Translations under genes and position numbers: made by a program
Shown here: in pieces, positions 8,840-17,182 of the stretch
Layout: every line of letters starts with the position of its first letter
How positions within the stretch are numbered: the stretch's first letter is position 1
DNA from: Candidatus Fermentimicrarchaeum limneticum
GTDB lineage: Archaea > Micrarchaeota > Micrarchaeia > Burarchaeales > Fermentimicrarchaeaceae
Direction: 5' to 3'
Assembly: GCA_013426015.1 (NCBI GenBank)
Contig: CP058998.1
Coordinates: 1,050,758 to 1,114,757 of the forward strand
DNA length: 64,000 bases
Notes under the pieces: generated by a model
What the model saw: only the letters and a program-made list of their open reading frames with translations
The model's database searches: none
Told to the model about the DNA's origin: nothing

Positions 8840-9421
8840 GTGCTCGAACGGTTAACTCAAAGAAGATATCTACTCCTAGCTCTAGTCTTATTCACATTCA
8901 TCGCTTATGTTGTTTACCGGGAGTACGATACATCACAAAGATGCGGCGGGAAGCCCTGCCCAGAAGAACTGACTGCAAAATTAATAAAGAAGTATTCCAA
9001 CTCCCCGAATTGCAGTAATGGACTGTGTCCATTTGACCTAGTGAGAGAGTGGGAGGATAACAAATGCCCAATTGAACTATCAAACTCGCTAGTCTATGAT
9101 GTCCATATAGCGAATAACCCAGATGGCTCACTTAAAGATTTCACCTGCGAATTCGGTCCGATGTACAAACTAGTTGATTCAACACCGACAGAAGCAACCA
9201 TAAAAGATTGCAGCCAAGAAACCGTGGAGTCATTAGATAACGCAATAAAAGGAAAAAACATGACGCCAGTAAAATACGCGAGAACAATATATGTTTTTCC
9301 ACCTAATTTTGTGGACTATCACTATACCGTGCTTGCATGCGACAAATATACCTCGGGTCTTTTTAACGGAAGATATCTCATGCTGACTTTCGTCAACTTT
9401 TCTGGGCTTCTATATGGCTGA
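8840..9421 (+). CDS. N-terminally membrane-anchored Cys-rich extracytoplasmic protein of unknown function
   Basis: It has a single N-terminal TM (YLLLALVLFTFIAYVVY). About 14 Cys fall in CxxKPC, NCSNGLCPF, NKCP, FTCEFGP, KDCSQE and LACDKY contexts. Confidence 0.45.
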   Translation: MLERLTQRRYLLLALVLFTFIAYVVYREYDTSQRCGGKPCPEELTAKLIKKYSNSPNCSNGLCPFDLVREWEDNKCPIELSNSLVYDVHIANNPDGSLKDFTCEFGPMYKLVDSTPTEATIKDCSQETVESLDNAIKGKNMTPVKYARTIYVFPPNFVDYHYTVLACDKYTSGLFNGRYLMLTFVNFSGLLYG

Positions 9422-9472
9422 TTGTGGTTCTCACTTCGCTTTTAGCGAAATACAGGCATCCAGAGGCGTATC

Positions 9473-11383
9473 ATGTTTTTTGACTTACTAGACGTAATCA
9501 AAAACGAATTCCCGCAGAGTACCCTCTCTATGCAGAGCCGGGATATCTTTCACATCGGAAGGATAAGAAACCTGAATGTATCCTACGCCCCTCTTTTTGG
9601 CAAAGTCTTCGTTTATGATGACGAATTCAGTAGAACCATGATGCATACCCCTGAAGATTTTGAGAGAAATGTCCTTCCCGACCTAGGTCGCTGTAATGTG
9701 CCCTCCCCCCCGGATGACAAGTTCGATACTTTCGGGATACTCCCGACTTCTGAATGCAATCTGAGATGCGTCTACTGCTATGCTAAAGGCGGTGAAACTA
9801 GAAAAAATTTGGATATTGGAACTTTAAAAAAAGCTGTGGAGTTCATGAACAATAATTCGAAAGAGCAGGTACTGGTATTCTTTCACGGTGGCGGGGAACC
9901 AACAACCAAATTCAAACTGCTAATTGAAATTAAGAGGTATGTAGACAAAAATTTGAAAGCTGAAAAGAGTTTCACACTGCAAACAAATGGTATTTTCTCG
10001 AATGAGGTGAGAAGCTGGGTATCAAAAAATATCGACCACGTCGCGCTCTCCTGCGATGGTCCTCCGCATATACAGGATTTCCAAAGACCTTTAAAAAACG
10101 GCGGGAGAAGCAGCCCTATTGTTGAGGAAAGCATCCGATATTTTGTTGAAAAATCAAAAAATATGACCATCGCAACAGTCATATCAAAATTTTCAAATGA
10201 ACGGCAAGAGGATATACTCGAATACTTGCACAAGCTCGGTGTAAAAAAAGTGAAATTCACTCCCCTTACTGAAAGAGGCAGATGTCTATGCGGTGCAACT
10301 GACTATTCCGCCAGACCCGACATGCTAAAATTTTTCACAAACAATCTTACAAGGAGCATCGAGTTGGCGGATATTTACGATATCAAGCTCCTATACCCCG
10401 GCTTAATTGATTCGTGCCGTGACGTCTCGTGCTTTGTAGCTGGGAGGTCGTTTATTTTGACACCAGACGGGTTTGTCAGCCCCTGTGTTTCCGTGCATTG
10501 CGGCGATTCAGATTTTAATGAGCTGCTCTTCGGCTATTTTGACAAGGAGAAGGGTGAAATAAAAATTGATAAGAAAAAATTGGATTTTCTGCGGAATAGA
10601 GTAGTGCAGAACATCCCAGCATGCAAGAATTGTTTTATGAAATGGAACTGCAGCGGCGGATGCGCAATCTCCGCCTGCATGATTTACGGAAAGGACATCT
10701 ACTCCCCACAAAGAGGACATTGCGACTGGATTAGAAAGCTAGGTGAAGGCGCCCTGCGCTATAAGGTCGAGAAATACCTTTTAAAGACAAAGCCTTTTCT
10801 GGAGGAAAGAAATGGCACAATAGAATACCGGGAGGTATTAGATGACTTTGAACCCAAAAAACCCCCAACCAAGAGAAAAGAAGATTTGGTACTACAGGTA
10901 GACGCAAACAAATCAAGTCTTGCTTTGACCTACGATAGAATTATAAAAACCAATCCACGGCTGAGTCTGATATCTTTCAGACTGCGTCCCAAAGATTTAA
11001 ATTTGGAAACAGGCAGAAGGATTGAAAAATTTTTGAGAACTCTGAAACTAAAACGCATCAATTTCATCGTGACAAGACCACTGCCGAGATGCCTATTCAA
11101 CCATGAGTACGCGAAGGCTGCCGAGGATTTTAGAATTCCGAAAAATTGTGAGGAATGCACCTGGCTTTTTGTGCTGAAAGACAGCAATTTCCACATCTGC
11201 AATACAGATATAAAAATACCTGAAGACAAAATAAGGAGCAGAAGGGAGGTATACGAATTTTTCAAAAAACAAAACAAGAGAATTTTTGATTCTCCATGCA
11301 GTGAATGCGTATACCGGATAAGAGGAAATTGCAATGGTTTGTGCCGAGGATACAGAAATAAAAATATTCATGCGGTGCGATAA
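9473..11383 (+). CDS. hxsC: Large radical SAM/SPASM-like maturase, HxsC-like
   Basis: It carries CNLRCVYCYA (Cx3Cx2C) and FFHGGGEPT. A SPASM-like segment CKNCFMKWNCSGGCA is followed by an extra Cys-rich C-terminal extension (CEECTWLF...CSECVYRIRGNCNGLCRGY). It is 636 aa. Its stop overlaps the start of the next radical-SAM gene (TAATG). Confidence 0.55.
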   Translation: MFFDLLDVIKNEFPQSTLSMQSRDIFHIGRIRNLNVSYAPLFGKVFVYDDEFSRTMMHTPEDFERNVLPDLGRCNVPSPPDDKFDTFGILPTSECNLRCVYCYAKGGETRKNLDIGTLKKAVEFMNNNSKEQVLVFFHGGGEPTTKFKLLIEIKRYVDKNLKAEKSFTLQTNGIFSNEVRSWVSKNIDHVALSCDGPPHIQDFQRPLKNGGRSSPIVEESIRYFVEKSKNMTIATVISKFSNERQEDILEYLHKLGVKKVKFTPLTERGRCLCGATDYSARPDMLKFFTNNLTRSIELADIYDIKLLYPGLIDSCRDVSCFVAGRSFILTPDGFVSPCVSVHCGDSDFNELLFGYFDKEKGEIKIDKKKLDFLRNRVVQNIPACKNCFMKWNCSGGCAISACMIYGKDIYSPQRGHCDWIRKLGEGALRYKVEKYLLKTKPFLEERNGTIEYREVLDDFEPKKPPTKRKEDLVLQVDANKSSLALTYDRIIKTNPRLSLISFRLRPKDLNLETGRRIEKFLRTLKLKRINFIVTRPLPRCLFNHEYAKAAEDFRIPKNCEECTWLFVLKDSNFHICNTDIKIPEDKIRSRREVYEFFKKQNKRIFDSPCSECVYRIRGNCNGLCRGYRNKNIHAVR

Positions 11384-12339
11384 TGGGGAGACGACTTGAT
11401 TTGAAGGTTGGTTTTTCCTGCAACAATAACTGTAGCTTCTGCGTTCAGGGCCGTAAAAAGAATCTGGGTGACAAAACTGCAGCGCAGATCAAAAAAGATC
11501 TGAAAGACACAATCGAAGAGGGCATAGAGGAGGTTGTATTTACCGGAGGCGAGCCAACAGTACGCAAGGATATACTCGAGCTTGTCTCATACGCCACTGA
11601 CTTGGGTTATAAAATAATTCAGATTCAAAGCAACGGCAGGATGTTTTTTTATAAGAAGTTCTGCGAGGACATCATAAGGGCAGGTGCGAATGAGTTCTCG
11701 CCAGCAATCCACGGCCACATACCGCAGCTGCACGATTACCTCACCCGCTCGCCAGGCAGCTTCGAGCAGACAGTGCAGGGGATAAGGAATCTCAAGGGGA
11801 TGAACCAGCACATAATAACAAACTCGGTTGTGACAAAACCCAACTATAGGCATCTCCCGGAGTTGGCAGAACTTCTTGTCCAACTTCAGGTCGACCAGTT
11901 CCAAATGGCGTTTGTGCATGCTGACGGCAACGCCTACCTTTATTTTGACCGGATAGTTCCAAGAAAATCACTCGCAGCCCCCTATATCAAGCGGGCTCTG
12001 CAGATAGGGATTGATGCAAAAATCCGAGTTATGGCAGAAGCAATCCCGTACTGTTTCATGAAGGGATATGAGCAATACGTGTCGGAAATTTACATTCCAT
12101 CCACAAAAATAATAGATTTTGAATTTACTGATCCGAATTTTGAATACACCCGAGCTTCGCAGGGCAAGTGCAAAGCACCAAAATGCAAGAGATGTAAATA
12201 TTACCTCATCTGCGAGGGACCTTGGAAAGAATATCCAGAAAGAAGAGGATGGGAAGAATTCGTGCCGATTCCAGGCAGAAAAATGAAGAGCAGAGACCAA
12301 CTATTCAAAACCCGCAGGAGTGATACTGATGTTTCCTAA
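11383..12339 (+). CDS. Radical SAM enzyme, paralog 1 of a five-member tandem family
   Basis: N-terminal VGFSCNNNCSFC (Cx3Cx2C), FTGGEPT and a C-terminal CKRCKYYLICEGPWKEY (CxxC-x5-C-x-G-x-W, twitch/SPASM-like). Its nucleotide sequence shares a 58-nt identical tract with paralog 4. Confidence 0.65.
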   Translation: MGRRLDLKVGFSCNNNCSFCVQGRKKNLGDKTAAQIKKDLKDTIEEGIEEVVFTGGEPTVRKDILELVSYATDLGYKIIQIQSNGRMFFYKKFCEDIIRAGANEFSPAIHGHIPQLHDYLTRSPGSFEQTVQGIRNLKGMNQHIITNSVVTKPNYRHLPELAELLVQLQVDQFQMAFVHADGNAYLYFDRIVPRKSLAAPYIKRALQIGIDAKIRVMAEAIPYCFMKGYEQYVSEIYIPSTKIIDFEFTDPNFEYTRASQGKCKAPKCKRCKYYLICEGPWKEYPERRGWEEFVPIPGRKMKSRDQLFKTRRSDTDVS

Positions 12340-13213
12340 CAAAGTTGATGTGCTGTGCGGTTACACCTGCAACAATAATTGCCTTTTCTGCTTCATCAAA
12401 GGTAGAAAGACCGCTGATGGGACCACTTCGCAGATAAAAAAAATCCTGAACAATCTAAGGGCAGAGGGGTTCAGCGAGGTTATTTTCAATGGAGGTGAAT
12501 CGACCATCCGGAGAGATTTCATAGAGCTAGTGGGGTACGCCAGCGAGCTCGGCTTCCCCAAAGTGAATGTAAGTTCAAATGGCAGGATGTTCTGCTACAA
12601 GGATTTCGCTAGGAAGGCTGCGGAGGCGGGTCTGACGAATGCCATAATATCAATGCACGGTTCAAATGCAAAAACCCACGATATGCTGACGAGAGTCCCC
12701 GGAAGTTTCAAACAGACAATGAAGGGAATGGATAATCTAATCGGAGTCGGGGTAAAAACAATGTCGAATACGACCATAGCAAAGCAGAACCATACTGAAC
12801 TGCCGCGGTTGGTAAAACTCTTATCAAACTTTGATTTGGTGTGGAGGGAATTTATTTTCGTGCATCCCGGAGGGGCTGCTTTGCAGAATTTTGAAAGTGT
12901 TGTGCCTACCCTAACAGAGATTGCGCCATCTCTGCGCAAAGCATTTGACCCAAAGCGAGGCTTTACGAATCTAGGCGTGGAATCTGTTCCGTACTGTTTC
13001 ATGAAGGGATGTGAAAAATTTGTCGTCACACAAAAGATGGAGGCCAGACTGGTGGGGATGGATTTCCAGATAGCCGACGTAAACAAGTCAAGGAGAGAGG
13101 AAGCAAAAATAAAATCGCCGGGGTGTTCCAGATGCAAGTACAACGACAAATGCGAAGGGGTCTGGAGAGCTTATGCAGAAAGATACGGTCTAGGAGAGCT
13201 TAGACCATGCTAA
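12320..13213 (+). CDS. Radical SAM enzyme, paralog 2
   Basis: CGYTCNNNCLFC, FNGGEST and C-terminal CSRCKYNDKCEGVWRAY. It overlaps the previous gene by 20 nt. Confidence 0.65.
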   Translation: MILMFPNKVDVLCGYTCNNNCLFCFIKGRKTADGTTSQIKKILNNLRAEGFSEVIFNGGESTIRRDFIELVGYASELGFPKVNVSSNGRMFCYKDFARKAAEAGLTNAIISMHGSNAKTHDMLTRVPGSFKQTMKGMDNLIGVGVKTMSNTTIAKQNHTELPRLVKLLSNFDLVWREFIFVHPGGAALQNFESVVPTLTEIAPSLRKAFDPKRGFTNLGVESVPYCFMKGCEKFVVTQKMEARLVGMDFQIADVNKSRREEAKIKSPGCSRCKYNDKCEGVWRAYAERYGLGELRPC

Positions 13214-13235
13214 CATGGTAAGATGACGTGGGATT

Positions 13236-14210
13236 ATGCCATCGAATCTAATACGACTGGGGAACAAATGTAATCAAAATTGCATATTCTGCACGGTAGC
13301 CCTAGATAACGAGAGGGAGTTGAGCAATGAAGAGGTGAAGAAAAAAATTGAGTTTTTGTCAGAGAAGGGAGCCGATATACTGACTTTTACGGGCGGGGAG
13401 CCAACAATACGTAAGGATCTGCCGGACTTGATAAGGTTCGCGAAAGGCAAATCCTTCAGGAGAATAGAGCTGCAGACAAACGGAGTTCTAATGTCTGACA
13501 AGAAATTAGCTTGTGAGATAGCCCGCGCAGGTGTTGATGAAGTGCTTGTATCGCTGCACTCCCATAGAAAAAGGATATCGGAAAGGCTCACGAACGTACC
13601 TGGCACGTTCGACAAAACCTTAAAAGGGATAGAAAATCTCTTGGAGCTTGACAAGAGAGTCTGTATCAGCCATGTGATAAACTCGCTCAATTATTCTGAT
13701 TTAACTAATTTTGTGAAGTTTGTCAAGAACAGATTCCCCTCACTATCCTCGTTCTACTTTGGATTTGTGAGGCCAAACGGCAACGCAAATTTCAACAGAT
13801 GGATTGTGCCAAAAATTTCGGACATAGACTTCCGCATATACGGCGTTTTCAGTTACTGCAGGGAACATAAGATACCTTTCTCTGTGGAGGGTATACCGCT
13901 TTGTTACATGCAAGGATACGAGACGCATTCTTCAGAAGTTCACAGGATACTCTCCGAACCAGTTTTCTATATGGGAAGTGGTGATACCCAATACGACGTC
14001 CATAAATTCGTAATAAAGAACTTCAGAGCGAAGGGAGAGCAGTGCGAGTTCTGCTTTGTAAAGGATATCTGCCCCGGTTTATGGAAGGAATACGCGGATA
14101 TATACGGGACAGAAGAGCTGTTCCCAGTTTTCATATCGAAAGAAGGCATAACAAAAGATGTCAAAGAAAGGTGGGTTAAATGGAAAAAGAGGCAGTCACA
14201 AAAGAGTTAA
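13236..14210 (+). CDS. Radical SAM enzyme, paralog 3
   Basis: LGNKCNQNCIFC, FTGGEPT and C-terminal CEFCFVKDICPGLWKEY. It shares a 33-nt identical tract (tttacgggcggggagccaacaatacgtaaggat) with paralog 4. Confidence 0.65.
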   Translation: MPSNLIRLGNKCNQNCIFCTVALDNERELSNEEVKKKIEFLSEKGADILTFTGGEPTIRKDLPDLIRFAKGKSFRRIELQTNGVLMSDKKLACEIARAGVDEVLVSLHSHRKRISERLTNVPGTFDKTLKGIENLLELDKRVCISHVINSLNYSDLTNFVKFVKNRFPSLSSFYFGFVRPNGNANFNRWIVPKISDIDFRIYGVFSYCREHKIPFSVEGIPLCYMQGYETHSSEVHRILSEPVFYMGSGDTQYDVHKFVIKNFRAKGEQCEFCFVKDICPGLWKEYADIYGTEELFPVFISKEGITKDVKERWVKWKKRQSQKS

Positions 14211-15172
14211 ACCTATTCCTAGGTTATACTTGCAATAATAATTGCTGGTTTTGTTCAGAAATGGCGAATAGGGAAAAACCGGGCAAGAGCACAGAAGACG
14301 TAAAAAGAGAGCTAGCTAACGCAAGAAAAAACAGGGTTCAGAGAATTACGTTTACGGGCGGGGAGCCAACAATACGTAAGGATATAGTTGAGATCGTTTC
14401 ATATGCGCATGAACTAGGCTTTGAGGAGATATTCATAATAACGAATGGCAGAATGCTTTTTTACAAGGAATTAGCAAGAAAACTATCAGATGCAGGCCTC
14501 ACCCACATACTTTTCTCTCTGCATGCGCCAGAAGCTAGAATACACGATTACCTCACCCGCTCGCCAGGCAGCTTCGAGCAGACAGTGCAGGGGATAAGGA
14601 ACGCCGTCGGGGTAGGGAACGCCGTCGGGGTAGGGAACATAATCGTGGAGAATAACACGGTCATAACGCGAAAGAACTACAAGTCTCTTCCGAAACTTGC
14701 AGAGCTGCTTATCAAGCTGGGCGTTGACTTCTACGAGTTTATCCTAGTGAACCCCATCACGATAAATTCCTATTTCAGAGGAAGATTTGAGGAGTTTGTC
14801 CCTAGAATCTCCGAGATTCACAAATACGTTCACAGAGCTCTCGACATAGGAAAGGAAAAGAATATCTGGTGCACAGCGGAGGGAATTCCGTTCTGTTACA
14901 TGCAAGGATATGAGAAAAACGCCACGGAATTGTATATGGCTCCTCAGAGGAGCATCCTCGGCCCTGGCGGCCGTTACGTTGCTGACGTAAACAAGTCAAG
15001 GAGAGAGTGCGGCAAGATAAAAGCAGAAACCTGCTCCCGGTGCAGATACTACCTGCTATGCGAGGGGATATGGGGGCACTACGCGGAGCATTACGGGATG
15101 GCGGAGTTCAAACCAGTTGCCGGAAGATATCTGAGAAGTTCAGATATAGCGCGAGGCGGACGGCATGCCTGA
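14180..15172 (+). CDS. Radical SAM enzyme, paralog 4
   Basis: LGYTCNNNCWFC, FTGGEPT and C-terminal CSRCRYYLLCEGIWGHY. It contains an in-frame 18-nt tandem duplication (NAVGVGNAVGVGN). It overlaps the previous gene by 31 nt. Confidence 0.65.
   Translation: MEKEAVTKELNLFLGYTCNNNCWFCSEMANREKPGKSTEDVKRELANARKNRVQRITFTGGEPTIRKDIVEIVSYAHELGFEEIFIITNGRMLFYKELARKLSDAGLTHILFSLHAPEARIHDYLTRSPGSFEQTVQGIRNAVGVGNAVGVGNIIVENNTVITRKNYKSLPKLAELLIKLGVDFYEFILVNPITINSYFRGRFEEFVPRISEIHKYVHRALDIGKEKNIWCTAEGIPFCYMQGYEKNATELYMAPQRSILGPGGRYVADVNKSRRECGKIKAETCSRCRYYLLCEGIWGHYAEHYGMAEFKPVAGRYLRSSDIARGGRHA
14600..14635 (+). repeat. In-frame 18-nt perfect tandem duplication inside radical-SAM paralog 4
   Basis: aacgccgtcggggtaggg is repeated twice, encoding NAVGVG-NAVGVG. 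Confidence 0.8.
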
Positions 15173-16289
15173 CGTCTCCATAGTGAAATGTCCTGATTAC
15201 TCAAAAGTGAAAGTAGCAGTAAAAAGATCATTGGACCTTTTGGGCGGAGCTAGAAAGTTTTTCAAAAAGGATGAGATGATACTGCTTAAACCCAATATAT
15301 CCGACCCTCTCCCTCCCGACAAGGCGAGCAATACCCATCCACTCCTTGTAAGGGCGGTGATTGAGGTTGCGCAGAGGGCAGGAGCCAAGGTTTGGGTAGG
15401 GGAGTGCTCTGCAGGGGGGTCCCCCGGGATAACGAAAAAATGCCTGGAGATATCGGGTATCGGAGATGTGTTGAGGGAAACAGGGGTTGAATTCAAGAAT
15501 TTCCAGGAAGAGGTCTTCGTCCCTCGCGACATACCCGGATTTAAAGTTTTGGAAAAAACGGATTTTGCCGGCTCCTTTTTCCAAGCGGACTCCATTGTGA
15601 ATTTGCCAAAGCTCAAAACGCACGGACTCACCTTCATGACTGGAGCGGTAAAAAACTGCTTCGGGTTCATAAACCCGCAGGAGAGGCAGTACCTGCACAG
15701 AAATTTCCCAGAAAGGGAGCGTTTCAGCCAAGGGCTGGTTGACGTCTACTCATTCATAAAACCAAGATTGACAATAATGGACGCCGTTGTCGGTATGGAG
15801 GGGGAGCAGGGTCCCTCGTTCGGTGACCCAAGGAGAATAGGGGCCGTCATAGCTGGCGGCGACGGAGTTGCAGTAGATGCAGTCGCAGCCGAGATAATAG
15901 GCTACAACCCGCTTGCGATACCTATGATAAGAAGCGCGGATGAACGTGGTGTTGGGAGTATCAGAGGGATACGCGTGGTTGGGAGCAGTATTGATGCGGT
16001 GAAAGTGAGAGATTTCAAAAAACACCCACTCTTCAGCAACAAATACCGGAAAATGCAGGGATTTGGAAGCTCGTTTGTCATGATGCCGGAGGTTGACACA
16101 AGCAAATGCACCAGATGCAGGACCTGTGCGGATAACTGCCCCGTAGGTGCTATATTGATGGATCCCTATCCGGTAATAAACAGAAAGAAGTGCATAATGT
16201 GTTACTGCTGTCATGAGCTATGCCCGTCCGGTGCGTGCAGGCTTGAGGTAAAATGGTTCGGAAAAAAAGATAAAAGAGGAGTGGAATGA
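15165..16289 (+). CDS. DUF362-domain protein with a C-terminal 2x[4Fe-4S] ferredoxin domain
   Basis: The C-terminus carries CTRCRTCADNCP and CIMCYCCHELCP (two CxxCxxCxxxCP motifs). The N-terminal ~300 aa show the DUF362-type fold signature (ILLKPN..., GECSAGGSPGIT). It overlaps the flanking radical-SAM genes by 8 and 4 nt. Confidence 0.55.
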   Translation: MPDVSIVKCPDYSKVKVAVKRSLDLLGGARKFFKKDEMILLKPNISDPLPPDKASNTHPLLVRAVIEVAQRAGAKVWVGECSAGGSPGITKKCLEISGIGDVLRETGVEFKNFQEEVFVPRDIPGFKVLEKTDFAGSFFQADSIVNLPKLKTHGLTFMTGAVKNCFGFINPQERQYLHRNFPERERFSQGLVDVYSFIKPRLTIMDAVVGMEGEQGPSFGDPRRIGAVIAGGDGVAVDAVAAEIIGYNPLAIPMIRSADERGVGSIRGIRVVGSSIDAVKVRDFKKHPLFSNKYRKMQGFGSSFVMMPEVDTSKCTRCRTCADNCPVGAILMDPYPVINRKKCIMCYCCHELCPSGACRLEVKWFGKKDKRGVE

Positions 16290-17182
16290 TGGTTAGCGAC
16301 ATAGCAGTCGGAGTAACATGCAATAACTGTTGCATAATGTGTACAAACATAATGCCCCCCCCAACAAGGTGGGACGCGAGCACTGAGGACATTGAAAGGA
16401 TGGTGCGCAGCTTTGATAAGAAAGAGCGCAAGATAGTGCTGACAGGCGGCGAACCCTCAATAAGAAGTGACTTCCTGCGCATACTCCGGTTCATAAAAAA
16501 GGAGAGGCCTGATTCAAGAACAATGGTTCTTACGAATGGAAGGATATTCTGTTATCCCGAATTCACCAAGAAATTCATCTCCACTGGTTGTGACTGGGTT
16601 GCAATCCCCCTGCACGCTCATAAAGCTGAGTTGCACGACATGATAACGAGGGCTCCTGGCAGCTTCGAGCAGACAGTGCAGGGGATAAGGAACCTGCTTG
16701 ATTACCAGGACGAAGTCGACCTAGACGTGAGAGTTGTAATCCACAGGTTGAACTACAAGCATTTGCCAGCCCTCGCCAAGTTCATCTCCAACGAATTCAA
16801 CGGCCTCCACCAAGTCGTGCTGTTCCCCATAGACATAATTGGGAATGCGAATATAAACAGGAAAGAGCTCCTGGTAAAAATAACTGAAGTCAAACCTTAT
16901 CTTGAAAGAGCACTCAACACGCTAGAAAAAAATGATTTTGATATCAGCCTATTCCACATCCCGTTCTGTGTTTTAGACAGAAAATACTGGAAGAATGTAG
17001 CCGGCAGGACGGTTGAGGATAGGAGGATAACCTTCGAACCATGCGGCGAGTGCATCATGCGGGAAAAATGCCCGGGAATCTGGAGGACGTATGCATTCAG
17101 AGTCGGCACTGCCGAGTTCAAACCCATCCGCCCAGCACCAAAAACAATATATACGAAGTCACCAAATCTAAATGTTAGATGA
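16286..17182 (+). CDS. Radical SAM enzyme, paralog 5
   Basis: VGVTCNNCCIMC (Cx3Cx2C), LTGGEPS and C-terminal CGECIMREKCPGIWRTY. It shares a 35-nt tract (ggcagcttcgagcagacagtgcaggggataaggaa, PGSFEQTVQGIRN) with paralogs 1 and 4. Confidence 0.65.
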   Translation: MMVSDIAVGVTCNNCCIMCTNIMPPPTRWDASTEDIERMVRSFDKKERKIVLTGGEPSIRSDFLRILRFIKKERPDSRTMVLTNGRIFCYPEFTKKFISTGCDWVAIPLHAHKAELHDMITRAPGSFEQTVQGIRNLLDYQDEVDLDVRVVIHRLNYKHLPALAKFISNEFNGLHQVVLFPIDIIGNANINRKELLVKITEVKPYLERALNTLEKNDFDISLFHIPFCVLDRKYWKNVAGRTVEDRRITFEPCGECIMREKCPGIWRTYAFRVGTAEFKPIRPAPKTIYTKSPNLNVR

